Below are positions 62,207 to 64,000 of a stretch of DNA of 64,000 nt, one piece after another. The translations under genes and the position numbers were made by a program. The stretch comes from Vulcanimicrobiota bacterium. Lineage in GTDB: Bacteria; Vulcanimicrobiota; Vulcanimicrobiia; Eremiobacterales; Eremiobacteraceae. Location: positions 608,001 through 672,000 of the forward strand of contig CAWDVP010000002.1 of the NCBI GenBank assembly GCA_963805945.1, in the 5' to 3' direction. The notes beneath the pieces were generated by a model that saw only the letters and a list, made by a program, of their open reading frames with translations, made no database searches and was not told where the DNA came from. The stretch's first letter is position 1. Each line of letters starts with the position of its first letter.

Positions 62207-63528
62207 CAGTGCTTCGCTGCGCTTGCCGTGGGAGAGGCGCCAGGCTTGGTGGCGGCGCCCGGTTTACTAGGACCACCTGGCGGAGCCGCGCCTGGCGGCG
62301 GCATGACCTGCACCGGCGTCCCCGGTTGCAGCAGCGCCGAGTGGTTCAGGATCGCCTGCACGCCCGGCTTCAATCCAGCCCCGGTGACTTCGGCCTGTTC
62401 GTCGTTTTGGAGGCCGACCTCGACCGGCACCTCCTTCGCCTTGCCATCCTCGATGATGAACATCGAATAGCCTGCAGGCGTTTGATAGACGGATGCGCGC
62501 GGCGCGAGCAGCACGCCGGATTTGTGCGCGCGCGCGAACTGGACGGTCGCGACCATGCCGCCGTGCAGCACCAAGTCGGGATTGGGGAGCGGGATGCGCG
62601 CCGTATAGATCAACGTGCCGGGCGTGGTGGCTTCATTGAGGTACGCGACCTTGCCGTTCCACGTGCGCCCGGACGCGCCGGCGATAGAGACGTGGACGGG
62701 CGTGCCGACGTGCACGTAGGACATGTCCTCGCCCGAGATGCCGGCGTCGATGTACACCGGATCGAGCTGCGACACTTCCATCAGCACCGTGCCTGGCGAC
62801 GCGAGCGATCCGGGATCGACGTTGCGCGCGGTCACCACGCCGTCGAACGGTGCGCTCACCTGCGACTGCGCGATCTGGCGCTCCACGAATGCGAGCGACG
62901 CTTCGGCGTTGCGCAGCGAAGCGTTAGCGGCCGAATTGTTCCCACTCAGGCTGGCGTTGCGGGCCGCCACTTGTGCAGATTCATAGGCGGCGAGATCGGC
63001 ATTCGCCCGGCTGTGCGCGTCGTCGAGCGCCGATTGGGAGACGTAGCCTTGCTTGAACAGATCTTCGTCGCGCTTGAGGTTGAGCGCAGATGCTTGATAT
63101 GTCGTCCGAGCGGAGATCAGGTTGGCTTGGGCCGTCGTGACGCCGCCTGTGGTGTTGGCTTGGACCAGCGAGAGGTTCGCCGCTTGTTCGGACTGTTGGG
63201 CGCGCAGCGTGCTATCGTCGATCTGGACGAGCAGCTGACCTTTGTGGACGTGCTGGCCGATCTGCGCGCCGACCGTGAGCACGGCGCCCGAGACCACGGA
63301 TGAGAGCGAGGCGGAGAGCTTCGGCACGACGCTGCTCGTTACGCTCGCGTAATCGGCGATGTCGCCGCGCGTGATCGGCGCCGCCGCGACCGGGAACGCG
63401 AAACCGCCCGCGCCGCCGCCACCGCCTGGATAACCGCCCGGCTTGCCGCAGCCCGACGCGACGAGCGCGACCAGCGCCACGCCTAGGGCGGCCGTCGTAT
63501 AACGCCGGCGTTTGAAACTGTTTTGCAT
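62206..63528 (-). CDS. RND periplasmic adaptor (MFP), lipoprotein
   Basis: Lipobox VASGC, V.KGQLLV.ID, APFDGVV, V.VGL. Confidence 0.92.
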   Translation of the reverse strand: MQNSFKRRRYTTAALGVALVALVASGCGKPGGYPGGGGGAGGFAFPVAAAPITRGDIADYASVTSSVVPKLSASLSSVVSGAVLTVGAQIGQHVHKGQLLVQIDDSTLRAQQSEQAANLSLVQANTTGGVTTAQANLISARTTYQASALNLKRDEDLFKQGYVSQSALDDAHSRANADLAAYESAQVAARNASLSGNNSAANASLRNAEASLAFVERQIAQSQVSAPFDGVVTARNVDPGSLASPGTVLMEVSQLDPVYIDAGISGEDMSYVHVGTPVHVSIAGASGRTWNGKVAYLNEATTPGTLIYTARIPLPNPDLVLHGGMVATVQFARAHKSGVLLAPRASVYQTPAGYSMFIIEDGKAKEVPVEVGLQNDEQAEVTGAGLKPGVQAILNHSALLQPGTPVQVMPPPGAAPPGGPSKPGAATKPGASPTASAAKH

Positions 63529-63657
63529 GGCGTGGCGCATTCAAGCCCGCGGCGCGAATACCCCGCCGATTCGGCCGACGAAATCGAGCGGGACGCGCGA
63601 CCCGGCGCTAACTATCTCTTCGGGTAGGTAGCGGCCGCGTGCGCCGTGGCGCGAACG

Positions 63658-64000
63658 CTACAAGCGCACGTAGGGCGCGAGGCGGTCGAACTTCGACGGC
63701 CCGATGCCCGGCACGTTCTGCAGATCGTCGATGGTCTGGAACGGGCCGTTCTGCTGGCGGAAATCGACGATGCGCCGCGCCAAGCCCGGACCGACACCGG
63801 GCAGCTGCACGAGTTGCTCTTCGCCGGCGGTGTTGACGTCGAGCGTCTGTCCCGGCGCCAATTTGTTGGCGCCTCGTCCGCCGTGCGATCTGCTATGACG
63901 CGAGCGATGCACGGGTACGCCGGTATCGGCGGTGTACGGGCCTGAGTCAGTCGCGATGGTCTGGCCTTTGTGCGGCACGGTCACCTTCATCGCGTCGCGC
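63658..64000 (-). CDS. comEA: ComEA-family helix-hairpin-helix DNA-binding protein, 5' end beyond the window
   Basis: DVNTA.EEQLVQLPGVGP.LA.RIVDFR.QNGPF..IDDL.NV.GIG. Confidence 0.85.
   Translation of the reverse strand, partial: RDAMKVTVPHKGQTIATDSGPYTADTGVPVHRSRHSRSHGGRGANKLAPGQTLDVNTAGEEQLVQLPGVGPGLARRIVDFRQQNGPFQTIDDLQNVPGIGPSKFDRLAPYVRL

Overview
High-GC bacterial chromosome segment. Gene content (rplU-prp, yqeK-rsfS, scpAB, split gcvPA/PB, DUF3048, comEA) suggests a Terrabacteria lineage, possibly Ca. Eremiobacterota (inference only). It is mostly housekeeping DNA: trmD, tatB-like, rplU/prp, speD-speE, glycine cleavage, scpAB, nfo, selA/selB/tRNA-Sec, trxA, gyrA, tsaEB-rimI-yqeK-rsfS, an ars operon, a PadR-linked acyl-CoA beta-oxidation cluster with a degenerate ETF pair, an RND pump and comEA. 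An accessory-looking patch lies at about 7.8-12.5 kb. Sequence quality is uneven: about 12.8-20.0 kb is full of single-base indels and about 52.75-54.1 kb is a C-depleted G/T-rich tract, both best read as sequencing artefacts. The most unusual signals are (1) a 74-nt non-canonical tRNA-like cloverleaf with G3.U70/A73/CCA alanine identity elements directly upstream of a small basic ORF, (2) a switch-like structured leader in front of speD, (3) a GTAG/GGAG-type REP family with one copy in frame inside the EtfB-like gene, and (4) a ferredoxin-fused EtfA that appears to have lost its FAD-binding segment. No CRISPR array, rRNA, integrase or transposase was seen.
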